Position numbers and translations under genes: made by a program. Below the pieces are notes generated by a model. It was not told the DNA's origin. It made no database searches and worked only from the letters and a program-made list of their open reading frames with translations. Shown piece after piece: positions 19,207 to 29,075 of a stretch of DNA of 32,000 nucleotides; positions within the stretch are counted from its first letter, which is position 1, and every line of letters begins with the position of its first letter. Source of the stretch: Sodalis sp. Ffu. Lineage in GTDB: Bacteria; Pseudomonadota; Gammaproteobacteria; Enterobacterales; Enterobacteriaceae. The stretch is taken from contig CP072944.1 in assembly GCA_024748595.1 (NCBI GenBank), positions 1 to 32,000 of the forward strand, given 5' to 3'.

Positions 19207-19244
19207 GGAATTAAGGGAATCAAACGTTTGATTCCCTTAATTCC
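19207..19244 (-). terminator. 38-bp perfect palindrome abutting the ilvC stop codon; possible terminator
   Basis: GGAATTAAGGGAATCAAAC | GTTTGATTCCCTTAATTCC has 19-bp arms and no spacer. It ends one nt before the TAA of ilvC (19245-19247). A T5 run lies 13 nt further downstream on the minus strand, which is not a canonical geometry. Confidence 0.4.
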
Positions 19245-20723
19245 TTAGTTGGCAACGGCTATGAGTTTCATATTTTTCATATAGCTGCGCAATTTAGCAC
19301 CGATCGTTTCGATCGGATGTTGGCGAATGGCATTGTTGACATCGCGCAGACGGGCATTATTAATCTCTTTGTCAGCGACCGGTTTGCCTAAATCCCCCCC
19401 TTGCAAGTTGGCCATAAAGCGCTCTTTCAGTAGAGGTATAGCGGCATTGGCGAATAGGTAGTTACCATATTCGGCGGTATCGGAAATCACTACGTTCATT
19501 TCATACAATCGTTTACGGGCGATGGTATTGGCGATTAACGGCAATTCATGCAGTGATTCATAGTAAGCTGATTCGGCCATGATGCCGGCACTTGTCATGG
19601 TTTCAAACGCTAGCTCCACCCCGGTTTTTACTATCGCGATCATCAGTACGCCGTGATCAAAATACGTTTGCTCGCTGATTTTTTCTTTGTATTCAGGCGC
19701 ATTTTCAAAGGCACTGCGGCTGCTTTCTTTACGCCAGTTCAGCAGCTTTATGTCATCGTTGGTCCAGTCGGCCATCATGCTATTGGAGAAAGCGCCGGTG
19801 ATGATATCATCCATATGTTTTTCAAACAGCGGCTGCATCCAGCTTTTTAGTTGTTCTGACAGAGCAAACGCGCGCAATTTTGCGCTATTGGATAGTCGAT
19901 CCATCATCAATGTGATACCGCCCTGTTTCAGCGCTTCTGTGATGGTCTCCCAGCCAAATTGAATTAGTTTGCCGGCGTAGGCCGGATTGAATCCATCGTC
20001 AACCATTTTTTGAAAGCACAAGATAGAGCCTGCTTGTAGCATACCGCACAAAATAGTTTGTTCGCCCATGAGGTCTGATTTTACTTCCGCTATGAATGAG
20101 GATTCCAATACTCCGGCGCGGTGGCCGCCGGTTGCAGCCGCCCAAGCTTTGGCTAGCGCTATGCCTTCGCCCTTCGGATCGTTTTCCGGATGCACGGCAA
20201 TCAGAGTTGGCACGCCGAAACCACGTTTATATTCTTCACGTACTTCGGTGCCAGGGCATTTTGGAGCCACCATAATGACGGTGATGTCACGGCGGATCTG
20301 CTCGCCGACTTCGACAATGTTAAAACCATGGGAGTAGCCTAGTGTGGCGCCGTTTTTCATCAGAGGCTGTATCGCTTGCACTACCGCGGAGTGTTGTTTA
20401 TCCGGCGTCAAATTTAGCACTAAATCTGCTTTTGGTACCATTTCTTCATAAGTCCCGACGGTAAAACCATTTTTTGTCGCTTTATGGTAAGAGGCGCGCT
20501 TTTTGTCTATGGATTCCTTACGCAACGCATAAGTAATATCCAAGTCGGAGTCACGCATATTCAAACCCTGGTTTAGACCTTGTGAGCCGCAGCCGATGAT
20601 CACTACTTTTTTGCCTTTTAGATAGCTAGTCACATCGATAAATTCGTTGCTGCTCATGAAACGACATTTGCTTAATTGTTTTAGCTGCTGGCGTAGGTTT
20701 AATGTATTGAAATAATTAGCCAT
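19245..20723 (-). CDS. ilvC: ketol-acid reductoisomerase (NADP+)
   Basis: 492-aa [24 protein letters not shown]...[30 protein letters not shown]...[12 protein letters not shown] is collinear with E. coli IlvC (491 aa). Confidence 0.97.
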   Translation of the reverse strand: MANYFNTLNLRQQLKQLSKCRFMSSNEFIDVTSYLKGKKVVIIGCGSQGLNQGLNMRDSDLDITYALRKESIDKKRASYHKATKNGFTVGTYEEMVPKADLVLNLTPDKQHSAVVQAIQPLMKNGATLGYSHGFNIVEVGEQIRRDITVIMVAPKCPGTEVREEYKRGFGVPTLIAVHPENDPKGEGIALAKAWAAATGGHRAGVLESSFIAEVKSDLMGEQTILCGMLQAGSILCFQKMVDDGFNPAYAGKLIQFGWETITEALKQGGITLMMDRLSNSAKLRAFALSEQLKSWMQPLFEKHMDDIITGAFSNSMMADWTNDDIKLLNWRKESSRSAFENAPEYKEKISEQTYFDHGVLMIAIVKTGVELAFETMTSAGIMAESAYYESLHELPLIANTIARKRLYEMNVVISDTAEYGNYLFANAAIPLLKERFMANLQGGDLGKPVADKEINNARLRDVNNAIRQHPIETIGAKLRSYMKNMKLIAVAN

Positions 20724-20818
20724 ATTATAATTCCGTAAATAAGTAGGAAAATTTGTAATAGCTGACTCTACCCTGGCGGATAAATCAGCAGTTTTTTGTT
20801 TTTTAAAGAATGAATGCT

Positions 20819-21400
20819 ATGGATATCCGTGACCTTAAGTTATTGCGCCATCTGCGAAAAACTGCCATTTTAGTTGCTGTGTCTCTAGGTGACACATATC
20901 AATCAGCCAGGTTGACTCTGCTGCGTGATAAACCACGTGTTTTATAATCGCTCGCTGCTAATTTAGTTGTAAATCTCCGACTTATATAGATGATACCGCA
21001 GTATCATCGTGTGTTCACCGACTTAGTAGCAGATACCACCCTGAAGTGGTAAGCTGCTACTATTTCAGTTAGCTATTATCTACGTTGAGATCAAACGTAG
21101 TCACATTCTCAATGTACAGTCTAGCTATATTGCTCTAGGTTTCTAACCATTTTACATATTTTACCATTAATGGAGAAGTCTGACGATCTTTATCGTAGCA
21201 GATTTTTCCCTGCTTAATACATGTCCGAGGTGATGCGCGTCTATGTTGCTGATATTCTTTATCAGCATAAAGTTATTGAAGCGATTTGGCATCTCTGGCA
21301 CATTGATTGAATCCACATACTTTGATACCGCAGGAGCTTAGAGAATTTGGGCTGTATTGATGATGCCAGTGCTAAGTAGGTTGCTCTAGCCTCCACATTG
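20819..21400 (+). pseudogene. ilvY: ilvY remnant (LysR-type activator of ilvC)
   Basis: It is divergent from ilvC, as in E. coli. The plus strand from 20819 reads MDIRDLKLLRHLRKTAILVAVSLGDTYQSARLTLLRDKPRVL*, where IlvY begins MDLRDLKTFLHLAESRHFGRSA. There is a stop at about codon 43 and no ORF of 60 aa or more across the remaining roughly 450 bp. A full-length ilvY (297 aa) would not fit before ilvA. Confidence 0.6.
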
Positions 21401-21415
21401 ATGTAAACTTAGCTC

Positions 21416-22960
21416 TTAATTAGTCAAAAAAAAATGAAACGCCGGGTTGGCGGAGACATCATGACACTCATATCCTAACGCTGACAGGTTCCAGGCGAAT
21501 GCCGGTTCCTGTTCTGCTAATTCGAAACCTGCCAGTACTCGTCCATAATCGGTACCGTGACTACTATAATGAAATAAAGAGATGTTCCAGTGTGTACCAA
21601 GAGTATAGAGAAATTTCAGCAACGCGCCGGGTGATTCTGGAAATTCAAAACTGAATAGCCTTTCGTGCAACGGTTTCGATGGCCTTCCTCCCACCATATA
21701 ACGCACATGAAGTTTAGCCATCTCATCGTCGGACAGATCTACTACCTGATAACCGCCGGCGGTCAACTCTGCCAAAATTTTTTCGCGCTCGACACGTCCA
21801 TGGGTTAGCTGTACGCCAACAAAAATGTAGGCGTTATCAGCATTACTATAGCGGTAATTGAATTCTGTTACTGGACGGCCGCCAAGTAGTTCACAGAATG
21901 CTAGAAAACTGCCTTTTTTTTCTGGAATTGTGACTGCCATCAGGGCTTCACGTTGCTCTCCTAGTTCGCAGCGCTCTGAGACGTAGCGTAGGCTGTGAAA
22001 GTTAACGTTGGCGCCGGAAAGCACATGGGCCAATCTTTCGTTGCGGATTGTATGTTGCTTGACATATTTCTTCATCCCTGCCAATGCCAGCGCTCCTGAA
22101 GGTTCGGCAATAGCTCGTACATCCTCGAATAAGTCCTTAACTGCTGCGCAAATAGCATCGCTATCCACTGTTACTACGTCATCTAGATATTTTCGGCATA
22201 GCCGAAAAGTTTCATTGCCGATACGCCGCACCGCCACTCCATCGGCGAACAGGCCGACACGTGCCAGATCTACCGGTTCTCCAGCGGATAGCGCCGCACA
22301 TAAGCATGCAGATTCTTCTGCTTCGACGCCTATGACTTTAATCTGTGGCATTAAGTGTTTAATTAGCACCGCCACGCCGGCCGCTAGGCCACCGCCGCCT
22401 ACCGGCAAGAAAATACGGTCTAGGTGGCCGTCCTGTTGTAACAATTCCATCGCCAGCGTCCCCTGTCCAGCGATCACCGCCGGGTGATCAAACGGCGGCA
22501 CAAAGGTCAGGTTGCGTTCGCGCGCCAATTCAATGGCTCTGGTGTTCGCCTCATCAAAGTTGGCACCATACATCAACGGCTCACCACCAAAACTACGTAC
22601 TGCGTCTACTTTGATATCAGCGGTGTTTATAGGCATAACGATAAGTGACGGAATGCAGAGTTTGCTGGCTGAAAGAGCCACCCCTTGTGCATGGTTGCCA
22701 GCAGATGCGGTGATTACACCACAGGCGCGCTGTTCGACGTTCAGTCCAGCGATCAGCGAGTAGGCACCTCGTAATTTGAAGCTATGGACTGGTTGCCGGT
22801 CTTCACGTTTCACCAGAATGGTATTGCTGAGGCGTTTGGATATTTTGCTCATCACTTGCAGTGGTGTCACCTGTGTTACCTCATACACTGGTGCGCGTAA
22901 AGCTGCACGCAGGTACTCAGCGGGACATGGTTCGGCGGGAAGGGGTTGAGATTCAGCCAT
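21416..22960 (-). CDS. ilvA: threonine dehydratase, biosynthetic
   Basis: The 514-aa ORF has the same length as E. coli IlvA and is collinear throughout (LVKREDRQPVHSFKLRGAY...ITASAGNHAQGVA...NPAF.FFL). Confidence 0.97.
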   Translation of the reverse strand: MAESQPLPAEPCPAEYLRAALRAPVYEVTQVTPLQVMSKISKRLSNTILVKREDRQPVHSFKLRGAYSLIAGLNVEQRACGVITASAGNHAQGVALSASKLCIPSLIVMPINTADIKVDAVRSFGGEPLMYGANFDEANTRAIELARERNLTFVPPFDHPAVIAGQGTLAMELLQQDGHLDRIFLPVGGGGLAAGVAVLIKHLMPQIKVIGVEAEESACLCAALSAGEPVDLARVGLFADGVAVRRIGNETFRLCRKYLDDVVTVDSDAICAAVKDLFEDVRAIAEPSGALALAGMKKYVKQHTIRNERLAHVLSGANVNFHSLRYVSERCELGEQREALMAVTIPEKKGSFLAFCELLGGRPVTEFNYRYSNADNAYIFVGVQLTHGRVEREKILAELTAGGYQVVDLSDDEMAKLHVRYMVGGRPSKPLHERLFSFEFPESPGALLKFLYTLGTHWNISLFHYSSHGTDYGRVLAGFELAEQEPAFAWNLSALGYECHDVSANPAFHFFLTN

Positions 22961-22966
22961 GGAAGA

Positions 22967-24817
22967 TCATTCTCTTAACTTAGATTTATCGCGTGCAGCG
23001 CCTTTATCGGCGCTGGTCGTCAAACTGGCATAGGCTTTCAGGGCAAAGGAAACTTGGCGTTCGCGATTGATCGGTGTCCAAGCTGCTTTGCCCCGCGTTA
23101 GTTCCATCTCCCGCCGGGCTGTTAGTTCGCTTTCTAACACATTGAGCACAACACTACGGCTTGCGATGTTGATATCGATGATATCTCCATCTTGCACCAG
23201 ACCTATCAGCCCCCCCCTAGCGGCCTCTGGCGATATATGACCTATGGAAAGCCCAGAGGTCCCGCCAGAAAAACGGCCATCAGTAATCAACGCGCAACTT
23301 TTACCCAACCCCATAGATTTGAGGAATGTGGTCGGATAAAGCATTTCCTGCATGCCGGGACCGCCTTTTGGGCCTTCGTAGCGAATCACCACTACGTCTC
23401 CTGCTGTTACTTTGCCGTTGAGAATCGCCTCGGAGGCGGATTCTTGGCTTTCATAAACTTTGGCTGGACCTAGGAATGTAAGCTTGTCTTTATCGACGCC
23501 GGCGGTTTTAACAATACAGCCGTCTTTAGCAATATTGCCGTATAGCACTGCCAGACCACCATCTTGACTGTAGGCGTATTCGCGTGATCGGATACAGCCG
23601 GCTCGTCGATCGGTATCCAGTGACGGCCAGCGATATTCCTGAGAAAACGCCTGAGTGGTGCGGATACCAGCTGGGCCTGCGGTATACATGAGCTTCACTG
23701 CTTCATCTTCGCTTACCATGATATCATAGTGTGCCAGGGCTTCAGGTAGCGACTGACCGAACACGTTGTGCACTTCGCGATTTAGCAGGCCACTGCGATC
23801 CAGCTCACCGAGAATGCCCAGTACGCCGCCGGCACGGTGCATATCTTCCATATGATATTTTGGGGTACTCGGTGCCACTTTGCATAAATGTGGCACTTTG
23901 CGCGACAAGCGATCGACATCGGCCATGGTGAAATCTATCTCCCCTTCTTGTGCCGCTGCTAGTAGATGTAGCACGGTGTTGGTGGATCCGCCCATTGCGA
24001 TATCCAGCGTCATTGCGTTTTCAAACGCCGCTTTGCTGATAATATGGCGTGGCAGCATGCTTTTATCATCTTGCTCGTAGCAGCGTTTGGCTAAACCGAC
24101 AATGTACTTGCCGGCATTTAAAAAGAGCTGCTTGCGATCGGCATGGGTAGCTAGCAGTGAGCCGTTCCCGGGCTGAGAAATCCCTAATGCTTCGGTCAGG
24201 CAGTTCATCGAGTTAGCGGTAAACATCCCGGAGCAAGATCCGCAGGTAGGACAAGCGGATCGTTCGATCTGATTGCTGTCTGCATCGGAAACATTGGGAT
24301 TAGCGCCATGCATTATAGCGTCAATGAGATCTAACTTGATGATTTGATTTGATAGTTTTGTTTTTCCGGCTTCCATTGGTCCACCAGATACGAAAATAAC
24401 TGGAATATTCAGGCGCAGCGACGCCATCAGCATTCCAGGAGTGATTTTATCACAGTTGGAGATACAAATCATGGCATCCGCGCAGTGGGCATTGATCATG
24501 TATTCGACCGAGTCGGCGATAAGTTCACGTGATGGTAAAGAGTATAGCATGCCGCCGTGACCCATCGCGATGCCGTCATCGACTGCTATCGTATTGAACT
24601 CTTTTGCCACTCCACCGGAAGTTTCGATCTGTTTGGCAACTAATTTACCTAAATCGCGCAGGTGCACATGACCTGGCACAAATTGGGTAAAAGAGTTGAC
24701 CACGGCGATAATTGGTTTATCGAAATCTCCGTCGGTCATTCCTGTGGCGCGCCACAAAGCTCTCGCGCCGGCCATATTGCGACCGTGAGTGGTAGTGGCG
24801 GAACGGTACTTAGGCAT
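22967..24817 (-). CDS. ilvD: dihydroxy-acid dehydratase
   Basis: Taken from the ATG at 24817, the 616-aa product ([29 protein letters not shown]...) has the length and N-terminus of E. coli IlvD. GGAG lies 8 nt upstream of this ATG but only 2 nt from the ORF-track ATG at 24823. Confidence 0.97.
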   Translation of the reverse strand: MPKYRSATTTHGRNMAGARALWRATGMTDGDFDKPIIAVVNSFTQFVPGHVHLRDLGKLVAKQIETSGGVAKEFNTIAVDDGIAMGHGGMLYSLPSRELIADSVEYMINAHCADAMICISNCDKITPGMLMASLRLNIPVIFVSGGPMEAGKTKLSNQIIKLDLIDAIMHGANPNVSDADSNQIERSACPTCGSCSGMFTANSMNCLTEALGISQPGNGSLLATHADRKQLFLNAGKYIVGLAKRCYEQDDKSMLPRHIISKAAFENAMTLDIAMGGSTNTVLHLLAAAQEGEIDFTMADVDRLSRKVPHLCKVAPSTPKYHMEDMHRAGGVLGILGELDRSGLLNREVHNVFGQSLPEALAHYDIMVSEDEAVKLMYTAGPAGIRTTQAFSQEYRWPSLDTDRRAGCIRSREYAYSQDGGLAVLYGNIAKDGCIVKTAGVDKDKLTFLGPAKVYESQESASEAILNGKVTAGDVVVIRYEGPKGGPGMQEMLYPTTFLKSMGLGKSCALITDGRFSGGTSGLSIGHISPEAARGGLIGLVQDGDIIDINIASRSVVLNVLESELTARREMELTRGKAAWTPINRERQVSFALKAYASLTTSADKGAARDKSKLRE

Positions 24818-24888
24818 ACTCATGGCTCCAGTTATTCAGTTTGTTGCGGGTGCATGATACTGCCCCCCAGACGTAACGCATTTTATTC

Positions 24889-25818
24889 TTATTGATTGAT
24901 CGAATCCAGCCAGCCCCATTTATCTTTGGTTGTGCCGGTGAATAGCCCAAAGAATGACTGTTGTAGCTTTTTGGTCACCTTGCCGCGTTTACCAACGCCG
25001 ATCTGGATGCCGTCTACGCTCCGCACCGGAATAATTTCAACCGCAGTGCCTGACATAAAAACTTCATCGGCCAGATATAGTGATTCACGGGATAGTACCT
25101 GCTCTAGTACTTCCAGACCAGCGTCTTTAGCTAATTTGATAATAGCATCACGAGTAATACCAGGCAGTGCAGAAGAGGTAAAGGGCGGAGTAAACAAAAT
25201 GCCGTTTTTGACTTCAAATAGATTTTCGCCAGCGCCTTCTGAAACGTAACCGTGCACGTCAAGGGCGATGCCTTCTTGGTAACCGTGTCGGCGGGCTTCG
25301 CTGCCGACCAGCATTGAGGAAAGGTAGTTGCCGCCTGCTTTTGCCGCGGTCGGAATTGTGTTAGCGGCTGCGCGGTTCCAGGAAGAGACCATCGCATCAA
25401 TTCCTTGATTTAGGGCTTCTTCGCCCAGATAGGCACCCCAAGGAAATGCAGCGATAATGACGTCGGTTGTGTAGCCCGGCGGCGGGTTAACGCCCATGCC
25501 AACGTCGCCGATAAATACCAACGTTCGGATATAGGCGCTGACTAAAGTATTTTTACGCAGAACTGCTCGGCAGGCTTCTATCAGTTGATCTACACTCTGG
25601 GAAACTGGCATACGGTAAATTTTGGCAGAATCGTGCAGACGCTGCATATGTTCACGATGTCGGAATACCACTGGACCTTTATACGAATCGTAGCAACGTA
25701 TACCTTCGAAGACTGATGACCCATAATGTAGCACGTGCGACATTACATGGACCTTGGCTTCTGCCCACGGAACCATTTCACCGTTGAACCAAATGAAATC
25801 AGCTTTTTTTGTCGTCAT
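24889..25818 (-). CDS. ilvE: branched-chain-amino-acid aminotransferase
   Basis: The 309-aa ORF has the same length as E. coli IlvE (MTTKKAD.IWFNGEMV.W..AKVHVMSH.LHYG.SVFEGIRCYDS.KGPVVFRHREHMQRLHDSAKIYR...KWGWLD..NQ). Confidence 0.97.
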   Translation of the reverse strand: MTTKKADFIWFNGEMVPWAEAKVHVMSHVLHYGSSVFEGIRCYDSYKGPVVFRHREHMQRLHDSAKIYRMPVSQSVDQLIEACRAVLRKNTLVSAYIRTLVFIGDVGMGVNPPPGYTTDVIIAAFPWGAYLGEEALNQGIDAMVSSWNRAAANTIPTAAKAGGNYLSSMLVGSEARRHGYQEGIALDVHGYVSEGAGENLFEVKNGILFTPPFTSSALPGITRDAIIKLAKDAGLEVLEQVLSRESLYLADEVFMSGTAVEIIPVRSVDGIQIGVGKRGKVTKKLQQSFFGLFTGTTKDKWGWLDSINQ

Positions 25819-25839
25819 TTTTTCTTTCTCAATTTTAAG

Positions 25840-26110
25840 GCGTATTATTATGATGTTAATCGCTGGATCTTGATATAAGTGATATTCATAAGCTTGCTTA
25901 TTATAGATTTGAATTAAATCATACGGAGTATGATGGCAACGTTAAAGTTAATATTATACCGCAGTCTTGCTATATGGCCTCATATTTAATGTGCAAAAAT
26001 CAAAACTTGATTTGGAGATTTCTCCCCTCGCAGAATGCGTTCGACTACCTACGAGTCGTAAAGTGCGCTTCATATAGTATTAAGGGTAAGGTGTAATGAT
26101 GATTTTTTCT
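25840..26110 (-). pseudogene. ilvM: possible ilvM remnant (AHAS II small subunit)
   Basis: The call rests mainly on position (between ilvG and ilvE). The only similarity seen is minus-strand VVERILRG near 26040-26063, compared with IlvM LERVLRV at the expected offset. The frame is full of stops. Confidence 0.3.
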
Positions 26111-27075
26111 ACATCCATATTTTTATGCTGGATTTAATAATAGGTGCCAGTTTAGATAAATATTCTTAGTTTCGTTCGTGATTTTATCTTTACGTGTGAT
26201 ATGCAATTCATGGTTGAAATCGGCTGCTGGCTGCCGTGAGATAATTGGGATTATTGTTTAGCGGTGTGGGGTCTTATAGCTTTGTTTAAAAAATAGTTAC
26301 TGCCATTTAGGGGCCTTGACCATGTCAAGCGCTACTATCCAGTAGTGCGATTTTCCGTTGGCATCAACCTCTCATTAATAAGCAGTTATGGCAAGATGTA
26401 AATTATCTTAATTCTTACAGGCGATCTTGCGCACAATAGATGCTGATATATCAAACCATGCAGGTCTATGATTGATAAAAATTATCGATTGGTGTTAAAG
26501 ACTAAATGTTGGCTGATATCGATGGATAATAGCCGTGCTAGTGCCAGGCAATTTAAATCTTTCATAGCAAAATGTTCATTTGACGCAATTGGTTCAGATT
26601 TATCGGATTCAGTATCCAGTATGACTTGAGTGCGGGCTGGTCTGTGATCTGATTGTCAAAGCTCATATCCATTAAAATTAGCAGATCGGGGACCCTATTA
26701 CTGCTAACTAAATAGGGCTGATGCAGCACCCGCATCGTTTTCACATCAACTTGTATGTTGTAGTCTTAGTTATAATGTTTGATATAGATCTTCTTGAAAA
26801 GCATTTAGTGCGGATAAACGTTGAGTTTTACTTATGGCTAATGCCTTCCGCCCCGAGTTTAGCATGGTCCGCTAGACCTGCATAAAGTTTATACCTAACA
26901 TGGTTTCATTGTCGTGTAGATAGCGCCTGTTCATGATGGTGAACTGGGTACTTGTTTTGCAATGCATCATAATCTGCATATAGCTTTCTGTGTAGGATTA
27001 AATATTATGCTGTTTTTCATCCTTACGTTTTTCTTTATTTTATTGGTGCAAAAAGGTACTAATTAATTTAATGTA
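26110..27075 (-). pseudogene. ilvG: ilvG remnant (AHAS II large subunit), with large internal deletions
   Basis: ORF 26562-26744 reads DLLILMDMSFDNQITDQPALKSYWILNPINLNQLRQMNILL, where IlvG has [47 protein letters not shown]. Near 26,830-26,940 the minus strand reads HHHEQALS...LYAGLADHAKLGAEGISH, where IlvG has CRHEQGAAMAA...LITGLADALLDSIPVVAI. About 217 ancestral codons between these two blocks are compressed into about 240 bp. Confidence 0.65.
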
Positions 27076-27399
27076 AAGATTTTTAAATTAAATCTTATTT
27101 AAGTTTTATTGAATAATTTTAGTTATTCTTAATTAAAGATTGTTAATGTCACGTGTTTGGTGAAAGGTATACTATAAATCATGTTATTGGTGATCTTGCT
27201 ATGGTAGTTACCAAATATCGATGATAACTAATTTTTATTTTAATATTTATTAATTATTTTTTGTCAAACGTTAATTTTACAGCATTACTTTGATTAGTAG
27301 AAATCTAATTTCTTTAGTTATCAGTATATCATGGTTAACATGAGTATCAATATCGTTTGTAGTGATTTTTATAATTTTGGTGTATTTGCTGCAAGCATC

Positions 27400-27681
27400 C
27401 AAGTCATCATGCCTTAGTATCTGTTATATTACTCCGAGATAGGTTAGAGCGGATGATGTCAATGTTTGGATCGCCATTTTTGTTCGAGCTAGATTCTGGA
27501 CTTTTCAAATAATGTTATTCGCTCATGGAAAGCTATGGATTATAATATTCACCCATAACGTCAGTGAGTTATGGGTGAATATTATGTTATTGTGGTTTGT
27601 GCAATTAAATAAATTTTTTCCTTAGAAAATTGGTAATTTATTCTTTCATTATTAAATTTTCATGTATTTAATAATACTGTT
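27400..27681 (-). mobile_element. IS903-like relic C (5' terminal fragment, transposase start deleted)
   Basis: ATTTTTTCCTTAGAAAATTGGTAATTTATTCTTTCATTATTA (about 27613-27654) aligns with ATTTTTTCCTAAAAATTGGTGATCTACCTTTCATTATTA of copy B (18324-18361). Further blocks also align: AACGTCAGTGAGTTATGGGTGAAT vs AACTTCAGTGATATGTATTTGAT, and TTATTGTGGTTTGTGCAATTAA vs TTGTTGTGGTTGGTCCAATTAA. The lower boundary is uncertain. Confidence 0.6.
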
Positions 27682-27899
27682 TATTTAGTAAACTTTATTT
27701 TTAAATACAGTTTTATAATAAATAATTACTACTACGTAAATCATTCTGATTAAATAATTATAAGTAAAATTTAATTAGAATTATTTTCTAATCTCTATAT
27801 GGATTATCTAATATGATGTAAATATATTAACTATTTAACATCTTATATTAAAAAAGTAAAATAAATAGTGTATCTATTTTATATCAATTTTTATAAATA

Positions 27900-28930
27900 A
27901 ATTATTTTTATTTCTTTTGGTTTCCTTAGTAGGAGGTTATCTGTTAGATCAGCATTTAATAAAATTATTTTATGAATCGCCTCCATAATTTTGACTGTTA
28001 TTGACAGCGGTTATGTCCTATCATCGCGAACACAATAAAGTTTTATCATGAAGGATAACTATGTTATTGAAGATTTATATTACCCGAACTTTCGATTGGT
28101 GTGTAGGGGTCCCTTTGCGGCAGTGGAGGATCATGTGGAGAGAGATGCACGTCTTTAAATTTATTGGTGAATTGTTACTAGTTGGTACAATTATGTCGTG
28201 TGCGATTTGAATAGCTTAATATAGCGTGCCAGCAATGTTAGGAGTGTTAATCATTTCTTTCATTAACTATGATGAAATTGCTCTATTGTCCGATTATCGT
28301 CCTAATCTCTTATAATTTGCAATAGATAAGCTGATTTCTGTATAGGAAAGATGCCTTAAATCTGTTAGTCCTTATTATGAATTAAAATATATTTATTAGG
28401 ATTAAAGTATAAAATTTAAAATAACTAATTCAGCAATTTATAATAGAAAATTTTTTAAATCGTTTATACACTGATCCAGTTTATTATTTAGCAATAGCCA
28501 TTACACCTATATTGATATTAAAATAAATTTTTTGCTTGAGGCTGAGCGCATTACAAAGTTTTATTTTTAGTTAATAAAGGTTCTTTATATTACTTTGGTT
28601 TTTAATTTGCATCAGTAAGCAGGATAAAAATGTTAAAAAATTTTTAATATATGGCCGCATTCCTCATATTGCTATTGACACAGACTTTATTGGTTGAAAA
28701 ACTTTTTGGTGAAAGTAATAAGGAAAATTAAAGATACGGTCAGGAAAGATTTATGCCTAGCTAGGCTAAGCAGCATGTACTGTCGATACCACAAAAATGG
28801 TATCATATCGCTGAATAATGTAACGCATTCTTAATCATAATGTAGTGGATTTTTGCGGGAACACTCTACATTACAGAAGCGACTAACTACAGGATAATAG
28901 TCCCTGTTAGCCATGAATACGTTGCTGGAT
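27900..28930 (+). pseudogene. comM: comM (yifB) remnant
   Basis: The plus strand near 28,790-28,905 reads LSIPQKWYHIAE*CNAFLIIM*WIFAGTLYITEATNYRII. The ComM C-terminus is LSIRAWQRLLKVARTIADIDQSDIITRQHLQEAVSYRAI. Orientation and position (convergent with maoP) match E. coli. The 5' part is unrecognisable and the start coordinate is a guess. Confidence 0.45.
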
Positions 28931-29075
28931 CCCAGCTAAATCTCTTTGCTCGGGTATTATTTTCGATGAAACTAGGTCCATTTAATCAAATACCTCAGTT
29001 ATGGATGCATTATTTATTTAGTTGAGAATTGTGGTGGCAATAGCTTCTATAAAAATATAGATGTACCCTTATTAT

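Noticed and set aside
21024-21062. An imperfect nested hairpin (TAGTAGCAG..ACCAC-CCTGAA-GTGGT..CTGCTACTA) inside the ilvY remnant.
   Set aside because: It lies in decaying former coding sequence and has no flanking U-tract or obvious partner gene. It cannot be distinguished from a chance or mutational structure.
22008-22487. A 159-aa plus-strand ORF, together with 22512-22763 (83 aa), inside ilvA.
   Set aside because: It is antisense shadow of a highly conserved, GC-normal gene. The product has an Ala/Ser/Pro/Arg-rich low-complexity composition and there is no start context. The same applies to the antisense or nested ORFs in ilvD (23192, 23731, 23880, 24662), ilvE (24896, 25131), ilvC (19653, 19687, 20068), rho (16061, 16542, 16682, 16702), wecA (14235, 14444), tadA (4863), ibpB (1045) and tsaD (31013, 31566).
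27075-27400. A search for an ilvL-type leader peptide and attenuator upstream of the ilvG remnant.
   Set aside because: I found no Ile/Val/Leu-rich mini-ORF and no GC-rich terminator with a T-run on the minus strand. The region is AT-rich and merges into IS relic C.
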